This document shows positions 49,940 to 62,879 of a stretch of DNA of 64,000 nt, piece after piece; position 1 is the first letter of the stretch; each line of letters opens with the position of its first letter. A program made the translations under genes and the position numbers. Source of the stretch: Pristiophorus japonicus (Eukaryota); contig NC_091979.1 in assembly GCF_044704955.1 (NCBI RefSeq), forward strand, positions 320,974,001 through 321,038,000, read 5' to 3'. The notes under the pieces are model-generated. The model worked only from the letters and a program-made list of their open reading frames with translations, did not search any database and was not told where the DNA came from.

Positions 49940-51884
49940 TGAGGATTGCAATAAACTGACGGAGAAAGATAGAAGAGTTGGGATGTGTGTAAAGAAATGC
50001 AGTTCAGTGAAAATAGATTTTTTGTTGTGCATATATACATTTAGAGCTTTGCATTTTTATTTCATAATGACAGTCCCCCCCCCCAAAAAAAATTATCTTT
50101 TTGTATACATTTATTTTACCCCATTTTCACCTAAATATTTTTATATTGCTTTTTATTTTGATTTAAAACCCCATTTTTAAATCATGATTTGAACTGGAAA
50201 TACAGCTTCCAGTTAAAAACTTGTGCTTTCTCTTCGTGCACAGAAAAAGTCTCCCAATTCCGAAGCCCAGGGAAAGAAAAGGGAAGACTGTGCATGAGAA
50301 CGGAGGATTTCAGTGCGTGTGAGAAACCAAAAACTAGCAAGGGAGAAGTTGGCTGCATAGAAGACCAAATTGGGTAACGCCTTGACAGCAAGCAACATGA
50401 TTAACTGAAGGCTGAGCCATATGCTCAGAACAAGAGGAGCATTAGAGCCACCTTTGGTAGCAGCAGCAAAATAGAAACCAGAATGCAGAGATCATGAATG
50501 AGTCTGCTCATGCACTTGTGCTTTGCTGGACAACCTTTAAGTTTAGCTGAAGACTCATTGGTAACTTTGTGCTAAAATATTACTCAACTGCGAAAATCAT
50601 TACTAACGTGGACAATCTTAAGCGCAAGTACCTGGCCGAAAATAGTGCATTGGTCAGAAAGATAAAGCAGTCCATTGAAGGCGGCATCGTGATCAGCATT
50701 TATGTTCAATGAATCTCAGGATGCTTTGGATTGTCCCCTTGTGGTCCTCTTTTCGCTCTGTGACCTTCTGACAAAGAAGCTGGTTTCTGGTAAGTGCCAA
50801 ATTCCTTTCCTCTCAACAGCACAGTTGCATTATTATGTTATGGTGCAACATGGTCTGATGTGGAAGCAAGTCACAGAATTCAACACAGCTTCATCCTCAT
50901 ACATGGCAAAATACATGAGAAGCATTGTCAACGTAGATCTCTGAGTGAAGTCTGATCAACCTACAATGTAACTACAAGTACAGAAACCTTCATTGCAGTG
51001 ATGGAAGATATGAAGTCCTTTCCATTCAGGGCAGTATTTAGGTATGCTACTAAACTCACTGGCTTATTTCGTGATCCTGGGAACCAAACACCTTCAATAC
51101 AGAACACCTCTAACAGTTCCATACCTCTGGATGCTAAGGTACATGTTGCCAAACATAGAATGTGTTTGTGCAACTTCTGGCTGATTCCACACTGAACAGG
51201 GTAAAAAGCAAAAGCTCGGCAACTGTTTCTGCGAAATGAGAGTCAAGCAGTTTCTCAGAGTTAAAGTCAAATTCCTGGTTGAAAAGTTTTGGCTCCTGGC
51301 GGTCCAGTGATTCAGCTGGAATTGTCTCACACCAGCACAAAACTTCAACACCAAAGCATTCCACCTGCTGACACCTATGGTTATGCTCAGCTGCATTACA
51401 ATGCTGGAAATTGGCAAATTAAGGCAAAACTAAGGAATCATTGGCACTGGAGAGGTTCTGTAAGATTGGAAATAAGGAAACTAAAAGGGCCGACAAATCT
51501 TACTGATACAACTTTAAGCCCATTAACCCAACATCAATAACAGATAAAATAATGGAAACTATTCTTCGGCTAGAAGAGTGCCTGTATAGCAATAACATAA
51601 TAAACAGCCAACATTTTCTGTCCCTGTCGAAAGTCTCTAATTTCTTTCAGCATCCTTGCATAGATGCCACCTAACCAGGAAATTTTTAATGGTCAGTCAT
51701 TTTAACCCATTAAATACCTCTGTCACCCCAATTATGATCGTCAACGTACTGCAAAAATTGAAAACAATGTTATTTATTTGTTTAATTAATATTCTGGAAA
51801 TGGTATTTTAGCTATTTTCTCATCATATTTACTACCATTTTTATCCTTTAGAATAACAACAGTAAGTGGTCTGTGCTTTTGCAA

Positions 51885-52160
51885 AAATAAAATCTGGAAA
51901 TAAAAAGCTGGTGTCAGTAAAAGTGACCAATGTGCTATCATTGTTGGAAAAACCTAACTGGTTCACTAATGTCCTTTAGGGAAGGAAATCTGCTGGTCCT
52001 TACTGGGTCTGGCCTACATGTGACTCCAGTCCTAACTAACATAGTTGATTCTTAATTGCCCTCAAGTGGCCTAGCAAACCATTCAGCAAAAGGCAGCCAA
52101 GGATGGGCAATAAATGCTAGCCTTGCCAGTGATGCCCACATCCTGACGATGAAAAAAAAA
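51885..52160 (+). mobile_element. SINE-like fragment sharing its 3' tail with the LINE at 28116-28400
   Basis: Ends GGATGGGCAATAAATGCTAGCCTTGCCAGTGATGCCCACATCC plus an A-run. Confidence 0.55.
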
Positions 52161-55100
52161 ACTTCTGAGGTTGAAAAAAGACGATTGCATTGAATATACT
52201 GTCTGTGAGACTGGCAGCCTCAGACACTAACATTTCGCCATTGGATTTATGGCATTTGTAACTTGGATGTGCTGCCAGCCCTTAGTAACGCTTCCCTCCG
52301 ATCTCTCTGTGTGCTAACTGTTTCCGATGGTGTTGAGTGCACATTCTCAAACTTGGCCTTACTTCAGAACAGTCTGTGAATGAGCATGGAAGGCGAGACC
52401 TTGCAAAAACTGAATTGTTTGCATGCAAATTAATAATTCTGGCGAGAATACTGATGGCTATCAGTTTGTGCTTTCAATGGAGGATTTCTGCGTGTAATTA
52501 TTTGCATTGCCGTTTCTGAGAACTCCAGGACACAATGTGATTGGAAAGGAAATAACCCTGGAGAGCACAAGGATTGAAATGACTGTCAGCAATATTAGCA
52601 TATGAATGCTTTACCCACTTGTTCCACATTCCTCTCTCCGATACTTTGACAGAAGTGTAAATGGATTTTTAAAAAGTGGATTTTAAAGTCACGTGACTTG
52701 TATGACTGCTTGCAATCATTTTGTGGAACTTTTTAAGCGTTCTTGGACAAGACAACACCAATAGGTAGATGTCAATATGGTTTGTGCATTGGATCAAATT
52801 TATTAAGCATACTTAAATAAAGGCGATAATTGAACGAAAGCTCACAGGTCTCTGAAAACTTCCGGACACAGATGATGTTGTCTTAAATCTGTAAGGTATT
52901 CTTTGAGTATCGCTGTTTTAACCAATTTCTTATCAAAGGTTTGTTTGGCCAGTGTCCATATATGGTTTTCAACAAAATCACCCTTTTTAATTGGTTTTAG
53001 TGATCAAAATACCATTAACACTCAAACTAAAGGTACCATCTTGGCCACGCCTGCCCCCAGTACTTTTCCACAAACCTTACGTTTGCACATTGGAATGTTA
53101 TCTTATCTCTCTTGCGACTGGCTCAAAATTGTACCAACTGTCTCATCTTACTGCTTCTTTATATTAACTACCACTCACAGCATTTGTCTGCTTGTCTGTT
53201 GGAGTTCAGTCAAAAGCTGTTTTGACTGCCTTTGCATGCATTTGAGCAGCCTCTAACATTCCTATGCCCACAGAGAATCATGGGTAAGATTAGTTTGGTC
53301 AATGGCTACAAATTGAATATATATACGAATCTCTAATACCAGTCTTTCTTACAATTTCTACTCCATCCTGTTTTTGCATTAATTTTTATATTGTTTCAAA
53401 CCGAGAAAACAGTTAAGAAAACATGTTAATTGAATAATTTCAATTGACTTACAAGTGTTCATATCAACAATGATGATCATTGGAGAATATCTATATCTAT
53501 TTGCTTGAAGGTATCTGTACAATCCCTGAGGCAAGCTGAGTAACTATGATTGTATTTGTGTTCTATATCATAATGGTCATACAGAAACAGTACCAATGAC
53601 TCACAGTCTGTTTCTTCCCCAAATTTCCACTGCCTTTTATATTTTTCGAAGAGTTGTATTAGTTAAAAGGAAATGTTCATTGAGAAGTTAATAGATAACT
53701 ATGATGCACTGATGAAGAACGGAAACTGATGAAGTCGACAAGTTGTGTCTTGGGGATTATGCAAAAAATAGATGGCGGTGAAGGAATGTGAGGTGTCATA
53801 TATCTGAAATTAGGGTGGGGGAATTAAACAGCTAACACTAGGAGTGAGGAAGAGGATAAAGAGGCAGGGAGGGGTGATAGTTGAATGACAGAGTATCAAG
53901 AGTGGTTAATAAAAATATAATTGGGGGAATTCCATTATTGAATGCATTTAGAAAGTTATGTACAAGAATACAGCTCATCAAGTGATTTCGAGCCTATTTA
54001 ATATAAAATAAATTATGTTTTGGAAAGGCTTAATCATTTGTTAAACAAACCAGACAAGGTCTTGTAGTTTTTTGTTAAATCAGAAGTAGCACTATAGGGC
54101 TGTTAGCTTGGCATCTATATAAGGAAGATAATAGTATTGATCATCAAAAGATCAATTGTACAGTATCTGGGGAGGATAATAGAAGGCATTTATTCCGATT
54201 AATGGAAGACAGGTTATGCCGAAAAAACTTATTGAAATTCTTTCCAGAATGTAATGCAGGTAATGTCTTGACAATCATAAAGCATCTGGTGATGTCCTTT
54301 ACGACAGATTTGTGGCAAAAGTTAAAATAGGCTGTAACATGGAGGAGGTGTTGGAATCTTTCACAGCTTCTCGTCGCTCTTTTTGCTACATTTATATTAA
54401 TAGTTTCAAAAAATATATATCAATAAGAAATTCATGTCCTTTCTGTTGCTCTGCTAATATAGAACTTCCAATCTTGAGATTATTGCAAATTTGATATAGT
54501 CTCATTGGATACCATGTGATAATCAGTAGAACACACAAATGTTTTTCCTGAGTTGCCTGGGGGCCGAAATTCAGCCTCCCGTTAAGGCATGTTATATGGC
54601 CGCCAATTTGTAGTCAAATAGCCGCCATTTCCAAAATTCTCCTCGGGGGTTTTTGCAGCGCTGTCTAGATCTGCGCCGTTACTGCCCCACTTCTGCCCCG
54701 CTCCTGCAGACGGGTCGTTAGAGACGTCATCAGAGCGCGCACCGCAGCCTCTCCGCCCCGGAAGCTAAATTCAGTTTTCAAAGTCAACCGGTTGCCTGTT
54801 GGTGCCAGCGATAGATTTTTGTGTTGGTGCACTGTGCCGGCTCAAGACCGCCAGCGGACTTCAAAGGCGTGTTGCGTGCATCCCCATTTTCTTGGCCGAT
54901 AATTTTTCGGAGTTCTCAAAACATTGTCACTTGCCCTTTTCATAGCGGCATTGAATGCTAGTGGGCTGGGGGCCTCAATCTGTACTCCACAGAGGCCTCA
55001 TTGTGGAGGTTGACCTCGCAGAGGCAATGGGCTCAATGCTGACAATGGAACGCCTCCTGCACATTGTGCGTGACAGGGAGGCACACAGGAAAGGTGGAGC

Positions 55101-55223
55101 CGTCAGCAATGGCTGCACAGGCAGCAGGCCAGGGATGCAGCAGCCATTGATGTCCAGTATAGAGAAGGGCCTGGAAATGGCGACAGACCTCAACGCAGAG
55201 AGGTGGCCCAGGAAGAACCTGCC

Positions 55224-56400
55224 ATGAGGGTCAGGTATGCTGACCCCCCGCACCAGGTAGTGGGTGAGATAGAAAGAAGGCAGGATGCACAGGAGGCAGC
55301 TGCTTGCCAGCAACAGGCTGCAGAGGCCAAGGAGCAGCAAAAGCATGAGGGAGAAGGCAATGAGCCAGCTGCCTTAGGAGGAGCTGACCATAGAGTTGGG
55401 GAAGGAGGCCCTATCGTGCAAGGGTCTACAGGCAGCAGTTTTCCTTCATCGACCTACCGGATGACCAATGCCTCCGCAGGCTTAGATTCAGGAAGGACAT
55501 CGTCAGGGAGCTGTCTCCTTCAGCCAGATCTGCAGCCTCAGACAAGTCTCTGAGCATCGCAACAAAAGTGACCATAGCACTAAATTTCTATGCCACTGGC
55601 TCTTTCCAATCTGCCACTGCAGACATTTCGAACATTTCCCAGTTCTCCGCCCATTGCTCCATCCGTCAAGTGACAGATGCTCTCTATAAGAGATGGGGCG
55701 AATCCATTTCCTTCCCGATGAGCAGGGAGAAGCAGTTGGAGCGGCAGACCGGATTTGTGCACATTGCGGGCTTCCCCAGGGTTCAGGGCGCCATAGACTG
55801 CACCCACGTTGCACTGAGGGCGCCACAAACCAATGCGGAAATGTTCAGCAACCGAAAGGGATTCCATTACCTCAATGTGCAGCTGGTGTGCGATCACCAG
55901 CACAAGATCATGGCAGTTGATGCCTGGTATCCCGGCAGCAGCCACGATGCCTTCATCCTGTGCCCGGCGTGTTTTCTGTGCCAAACCAAAGTTGCGGCTG
56001 GCTGCTTGGTGACAAGGGCTTCCCACTGTGCACAGCTGCTGACTCCCCTTCGCATCCCCTGGACTAGTGCGCAGCATGTCTACAACGGCTCTCATTCAGC
56101 CACCAGGTGCCTAATTGAACAATGCATTGGGACCAAGCAGAGGTTCCATTGCCTGGTGGACTGTTGCATTACTTGCCTGAGTGGGCCTCCCTATTCATCG
56201 TCGTCTGCTACATGCTTCACAACCTGGCAATCATGAGGGGCTAGCCATTGGAGGACGAGCCAACAATAACACCTGAAGAGGAAGCGCAGGAGGAAGAGGA
56301 GGACCAGGATGTGGGTCGCTGGCCACGCAGGAGGCATCATCGCCATCAAACCCTGCAAGGAAACTGCAGACCTGTCTCATTACTGCTTGTTTCTGATGAG
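55224..56400 (+). pseudogene. Harbinger transposase, frameshifted
   Basis: TIALNFYATGSFQSATADISNISQ, GFPRVQGAIDCTHV, NRKGFHYLNVQLVCD, YPGSSHDAFIL and YNGSHSATRCLIEQCIG motifs, followed by an acidic C-terminus. Confidence 0.92.
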
Positions 56401-56589
56401 TTAATGGCCACTTCACCCTTCAGCTTTGCATTTCCATGGCCATCCCAATGAGCCCTTTCACATATCATTGCCCACAGTGAAATGATACACCTGCACAGAT
56501 ATGGGAACACAAAATAAAGATTTATTACAGAATAAAGATGCAAAAAAAACATACAGCTCATCATTTCTCACCCTTGTGCATCTCCTTAT

Positions 56590-58642
56590 AACCCCTCTTA
56601 CGCAAGCCTATTCTGGAACTACGCCGCAGTGTCTCCCCTGTGGCTGCTTCATGGGTCTGGAAAGGCTTCTGTCTTTCACATCTAGAGGCTACAGATGTCC
56701 TACGAGGACGCCCTCGACCAACTCTGGCCCTGGAAGGGCCGGCTGTCGACTGGGCAGCACCCTACTCGGTGCGTTCAGTCGGCCTTGGCTCGGATGAGCC
56801 CATGGTTCTTGGCAATGGCGGAGTGACAGGTGTGGGGTCAGGAATGCTGTGATCCTGAGAGAGCACATCATCGTCATTCGAGCCCAAGGAGCCTGCGCCA
56901 CTCGCCGGGGGCAGCACATCACCATCGCCACCAATCTAAGGGAGCACAGGTCGGTGGTGTGACACTATACTGGAAGGTCCCCCGTGGACCGTCGTGGACT
57001 CAGCCACGATGGCAACAGTCGAGAGAGAGCAGACACAGTCTTGATGCCACCAGAGACAACGGCAGTAAGTCGCTCCGTGGCCTGTTGCCGAGAGTGCATA
57101 TGAGCGGCCATCCTATCCAAAGCAGCACTCAGATGCTCGTTCCCTTGCACCTGTGCTGTAATGGCAGCTGCCATATCGCCCACGACACGTGGCATCACAG
57201 CTGGATCCGCACGGTCACTCTTGGAGACCACCATCGTCTGCACACTGACAATGATGGGCTTCATGGTGTGCGCAGAGCTGTCGACTAAACGGGAGGCAGA
57301 CTCCTCCATGCTCCTGACCACTTGCGACAGCCGCTCTGGCACCCTTGCCATTGCCCCCAACATCTGGGAATGCATGGCCTCCACCCTTCTTTCTTAAACC
57401 CCAACAGCGATGAGCTTGTCGGAGTCCTCTTCAGCAGAACTCGTGTGCGCACTACCCCGCCCCCCTCTCCCGGGAGATGGCATCCAAGGTTCCCTGTGCC
57501 CCTCACCATGTCGCAACACCCAGTGCGATCTCTAACTGATCCGACCGCATACTCCCAGTATCTGAGCTGGCGCGTGTGAGTGTAGGAAGCAGTGAAACGG
57601 TGCTACCAGCAGTATTCCTCTCTTCCTCCATCTCATCAGACATCACGCCAACATATGCACTGGCCTCCAGGGTATCGTCCAGGCTCGCGCACCCAATGGC
57701 CTCTGGGATGTCAGCACGGTTATGGCTGCCAGTGCCCCCAAGGCTGCCTCCCTGGCTTGGCCCCCAGTATCATCATAAGCCTCTCCCTGACTTCGGCTGG
57801 CTGTGCACTCGAGGCTGTCATCCTGGCTTGCCGTCCACTCACATCAGTGCTCTGTCCCTGGCCTTGGCTCACACTCGGGCTCTCGTCTGCAAGCGTAAAT
57901 GGCACAAGGGCTGCCGTGAGGGGTAGGTAGGGCATTGGCACATGCAGGCTGCAATTGCACACTATCATAAGCAAACGCGCGGTATGCGCTGGCATTAAAG
58001 GAAGGCCTTTACTTACCCATGCTGCCCCCAGCGGGATCGGCACCACCGGCGGTCACAGGGAAGACAACATTTGGGCCCACTAGCGTCTGGACCCTTTCTT
58101 CCAGGAGAATGAGCTGCTGTATACCTGCCTCGCCACCACCAGTCCTCTGTTGCTCCACACGATCGGGAGCAACCAAAACAAAGAAGGCTTGCTGAGTAGC
58201 GGTGTCATGAGGCCTCAGCAATGAGTGCACAAGTGTGTGTCCATGACAGGAAACGAGAACGCACACACACACATATATATATTATACATACAGACCTCAA
58301 CAATAAAATGCTGCTTCAGTGAAGGTGGGAAATAAGAGAAGGTGAAGGTGAAGATGGCAGGAGTTGCGGGAACATTTACTCGCTTTCATCAGGCGAATGA
58401 CCGGACTGCGACCCAAAGCCGCGAAAGGTTGAACAGCCTTTCGCGGCTTTGGGTCGCGGTCCGGTCATGAATGGAGGTCCCGGAGACCTCCTCAGCAATC
58501 TCTCTCCAGGCATTCATGAACGCATCATGAGTCGGTCTACCTGTGTCGGGGTACAAGATGTGCCTCCTTCCCTCCACAGCCTCCATGAGAGTCTCCAGTT
58601 ATGTGTGGGAAAATCTGCTATTGCTGCATTACCTATGGCCAT
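56590..58642 (-). pseudogene. Harbinger Myb/SANT-like DNA-binding partner gene (multi-exon, decayed)
   Basis: EAVEGRRHILYP..RP...AWREIAEEVSGTSIHDRTATQSRERLFNL (58389-58586). A second exon-like piece QRTGGGEAGIQQLILLEERV (~58015-58195). Coiled-coil piece RSMEESASRL (56965-57384) is homologous to RSMEESSTSL at ~42860-42940. Confidence 0.8.
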
Positions 58643-58780
58643 TTAAACGGCCTCCCTGCTCGGGGCCTCGCTGCAAACCCTACCCTTTAAGAAGGCCAGG
58701 CAGCAGCTGACTTGTTAGCAGCAAATCACCAGTAGATGAATTCCTCGGCCCTATCGGCCCACTCTGCACCCGCACCGTTG

Positions 58781-59967
58781 CATAGAAACATCGGAAATAG
58801 GTGCAGGAGTAGGCCATTCGGCCCTTCGAGCCTGCACTGCCATTCAATTAGTTCATAGAAACATAGAAAATAGATGCAGGAGTAGGCCATTCGGCCCTTC
58901 TAGCCTGCACCACCATTCAATGAGTTCCAGTCTTCCTTGATAGGTCAGTCCCGCCATCCCGGGAATCAGTCTGGTGAACCTTCGCTGCACTCCCTCAATA
59001 GCAAGAATGTCCTTCCTCAGGTTAGGAGACCAAAACTGTACACAATACTCCAGGTGTGGCCTCACCAAGGCCCTGTACAACTGTAGCAACACCTCCCTGC
59101 CCCTGTACTCAAATCCCCTCGCTATGAAGGCCAACATGCCATTTGCTTTCTTAACCGCCTGCTGTACCTGCATGCCAACCTTCAATGACTGATGTACCAT
59201 GACACCCAGGTCTCGTTGCACCTCCCCTTTTCCTAATCTGTCACCATTCAGATAATAGTCTGTCTCTCTGTTTTTACCACCAAAGTGGATAACCTCACAT
59301 TTATCCACATTATAATTCATCTGCCATGCATTTGCCCACTCACCTAACCTATGCAAGTCACTCTGCAGCCTCATAGCATCCTCCTCGCAGCTCACACTGC
59401 TACCCAACTTAGTGTCATCCGCATACAAGCCCAGTGAATACAAGCCCAGTTGATCCAGTCTTTCTTGATATGTCAGTTTCGCCATCCCGGGAATCAGTCT
59501 GGTGAACCTTTGCTGCAATCCCCGCAGACTGCCGATTCATGGCTGAACATGCAACTTCAGTACCCCATTCCTGCTTTCTCGCCATACCCCTTCATCCCCC
59601 TAGTAGTAAGGACTACATCTAACTCCTTTTTGAATATGTTTAGTGAATTGGCCTCAACAACTTTCTGTGGTAGAGAATTCCACAGGCTCACCACTCTCTG
59701 GGTGAAGAAGTTTCTCCTCATCTCGGTCCTAAATGGCTTACCCCTTATCCTTAGACTGTGACCCCTGGTTCTGGACTTCCCCAACATTGGGAACATTCTT
59801 CCTGCATCTAACCTGTCGAAACCCGTCAGAATTTTAAACGTTTCTGTGAGATCCCCTCTCATTCTTCTGAACTCCAGCGAATACAAGCCCAGTTGATCCA
59901 GTCTTTCTTGATAGGTCAGTCCCGCCATCCCGGGAATTAGTCTGGTGAACCTTCGCTGCACTCCCTG
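58781..59967 (-). mobile_element. Mosaic cluster of CR1 3' fragments inside Harbinger no. 2
   Basis: Two tandem CATAGAAA tails (58781, 58854) and several discontinuous RT and 3' segments. Confidence 0.88.
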
Positions 59968-60269
59968 CAGACTGCTGATTCCCGCCACCAATCCCGCTCC
60001 GCTGCATTTTTTCAGCAAAAATGCTGAATTTCGCTCCAATGGTTGCAAATGAATGGCAAAAAGCAATAGGTAACGTCCCGTTTCGGGCAGAGGTGAATTT
60101 CTATCCCCTGGTCTCCAAACCAATGACCTTATGAAATCGAGTAGACCATGTGGATCACAGCATGCTAGTGAATGTGCCTGGGAGCTGAACTGCAACCACC
60201 CAACCCTGTAAGATCTGCTGCAGACTATGTATAACCAGTTGGTGAAGTGTTTTCCGAGGGTCCAGTTGT

Positions 60270-60660
60270 CTTCTCTCTTATCTTTCCTCTGATGAGGATG
60301 AATGCTGGGGTACAGTTTCCCAGCTGTCAGTCGCCTTCCAGTATCTTGCTCAAATAGCCATTCCTTACACAGAAGCCTCGAGTGGATGTCGGGAGGCTGT
60401 TTGGCCACAGAGGGTGTTGCAGCAGAGCCTGAACTCGCCCGTATGTAACATCCCCATAGCTGCACTTCTGCAAGAGTTTACTAAATAGTGATCAGGGGAG
60501 GATCCCAGCCAGTTATTCTTTACTCTAGCCTAAGACTACTAACTAAGACCATAAGATAAATATCCCCTCTGCCATCCTGGCTGGCATCAGCTAACTCAGT
60601 AGTCCTAGTCTGTATGGCTCAAAGAGCACTCCACATGGTGCATTTAGCTACGAATTACTG
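60270..60660 (-). mobile_element. Old AmnSINE2-like SINE
   Basis: Minus strand has GAGCCATACAGAC..CTGAGTTAGCTGATGCCAGCCAGGATGGC..CCTGATCACTAT..CTGTACCCCAGCA, resembling the remembered AmnSINE2 consensus. Confidence 0.55.
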
Positions 60661-61559
60661 AGTAGTATTAAAAACTGCTGCATTTTTTACGGTAGATGCA
60701 TACAAGCAGGTTTTTTTTGCCATTTCTGCATATATTTACAGAAAGGATATATAAAGAGGACCAGCACGCCTGGCCAGAAGTAGTCTGAATTGGGTCAATT
60801 TTCAGTCCTTTCATAATAAACCCGAAATAGTCCAGTTAATGTTTATTTCTACAGATGTTTTTTTTTTAACTGTACCATGCTAAACAGCTCTACTAATCTC
60901 AGACATAAGGTGTTTCCTTTTTAAAGTGAAAGTAGCAAACAGAAAATAGTTACAGTCTGACAACTTCTGCAAAACGTAGACAAATCTTTTGCTCCCACTG
61001 CCCCCCTCTCCCCCTCCCCCATTTTGGCAGAAATCCTAAATTTGAAACAAAAAAAAACACTTCTAAGTGGAAAATGTGGATGTCTAAATGCTCAGTCAGA
61101 GAAAGTGTGAAGAATAGTGCAGATTTTCATAGGCTGTGAAAAGTGGGGCTAATAATGCGACCAGGATCCCATTTTATCAGACACTGTGGTCTTAAGGCCT
61201 TTTCATTGCTTGCTGAGTATATAGTTGATGCAGCTAAGATGCACAAGGCTCATTAGTATCTTTCTAATGTAAATGAGGCTGGCTTCCCATAATGTCACTG
61301 GAGTGTCTGAGAAGCACCCCAGTTGCTCAGTGACTGTTGCAAACAGGTGCTGCAAAGGAGTGTCACAGTGTAATGCATCATCCCCTCCTCTCCCCCCATG
61401 GTTATTAAAGGGCCACCCAGCTTAAATTTCTTGAAGGTCTTTGGCTTCAAAAGGCTAATTTGCTCTCTCCCTGAGCAAAGGAATGGACCCTTCAGTGTCC
61501 CAGCAGTCCTTTAAGAGTTGAAAATACTGCCAAACCTGTACTGGAGTATTGCGTATAGT

Positions 61560-62540
61560 TATCATCACCATCATCATTGGCAGTCCCTCGAAATCGAGGA
61601 AGACTTGCTTCCACTCTAAAAGTGAGTTCTTAGGTGACCGAATCGTTCAAGACAGGAATTATAGTCACTGTTACAGGTGGGACAGATAGTCGTTGAAGGA
61701 TAGGGTGGGTGGGGAGTCTGGTTTGCCGCACACTCCTTCCGCTGCTTGCGCTTGCTTTCTGCATGCTCGGCGATGAGACTCGAGGTGCTCAGCGCCCTCC
61801 CGGATGCTCTTCCTCCACTTAGGGCGGTCTTTGGCCAGGGACTCCCAGGTGCCGGTGGGGATGTTGCATTTTATCAAGGAGGCTTTAAGGGTGTCCTTGA
61901 AACGTTTCCCCTGCCCACCTGGGGCTCGCTTGCCTTGTAGGATTTCTGAGTAGCGCGCTTACTTTGGGAGTCTTGTGTCAGGCATGCGAGCAACGTGGCC
62001 CGCCCAATAGAGCAGGTCGAGTGTGGTCAGTGCTTCGATGCTGGGGATGTTGGCCTGATCGAGGAGACTAACGTTGGTGCGTCTGTCCTCCCAGGGGATT
62101 TGAAGGATCTTGCGGAGACATCGTCGGTGGTATTTCTCCAGTGATTTGAGATGTCTGCTGTATACGGTTCATGTCTCTGAGCCACACAGGAGGGCGGGTA
62201 TCACTGCAACCCTGTAGACCATGAGCTTGGTGCCAGATTTGAGGGCCTGATCTTCGAAAACTCTCTTCCTCAGGCAGCTGAAGGCTGCGCTGGCGCACTG
62301 GAGGTGGTATTGATCCTCCTCGTCGATGTCTGCCCTTGCTGATAATCGGCTCCCAAGGTGTGGAAAATGGTCCACGTTGTCCAGGGCTACGCCGTGGATC
62401 TTGTTAACTGGGGGGGGGCAAAATGCTGTGTGGCGGGGTCAGGTTGGTGGAGGATCTTTGTCTTACGGATGTTTAGTGTAAGACCCATGCTCTCGTATGC
62501 CTCAGTGAAGATGTTGACTATGACTTGGAGTTCAGTCTCA
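61560..62540 (-). mobile_element. RTE-clade LINE 3' portion (same family as 3082-4055)
   Basis: DHFPHLGS, KLMVYRVAVIPALLCGSET and TWESLAKDRPKWR motifs. (TGA)n tail. Confidence 0.88.
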
Positions 62541-62879
62541 CCACCTCACCAAAGTTCTGATCACCATGAAATTAGAGTATCACTCATGCCCTGGAGCCAG
62601 TGAAGGGTAGAACAATGAGGGGCTCTTCCTGCATGACATGCAAAACGTTTTGGGAGGGTTGCATAAAGATGCTAATGTACTGACCCTGTATTACCAAGCG
62701 AGGTCTGGGCCTAAGCTCCCAGGCTTGGCCAGTGCAAGATTTGCCACGGTCTCATCGCCATCCACTGGGATCACATGTCTAAACTTATGTTTATTACCTT
62801 CAACATCATTCACCCCCGTACAGTTTTCACAGCACCATAGATTTGGACGAAGAAGGCCTTTGATCTCATCCTTTCACTT

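Larger units (their letters stand above)
54560..60107. mobile_element. Full-length decayed autonomous PIF/Harbinger transposon no. 2 (with CR1 insertions)
   Basis: TIRs GGGGCCGAAATTC and GAATTTCTATCCC (10/13). CTG TSD at 54557-54559 and 60108-60110. Convergent transposase and Myb-like genes. Confidence 0.8.

Noticed and set aside
41123-56400. Domesticated HARBI1 or NAIF1 host genes, or a functional Harbinger-Polycomb link with PCGF5
   Set aside because: Both transposases are frameshifted and sit in transposon context, one with both TIRs. Co-location with PCGF5 is explained by high local TE density.
59557-60465. 302-aa minus-strand ORF
   Set aside because: It is a chance read-through across a SINE, the Harbinger end and a CR1 3' fragment.
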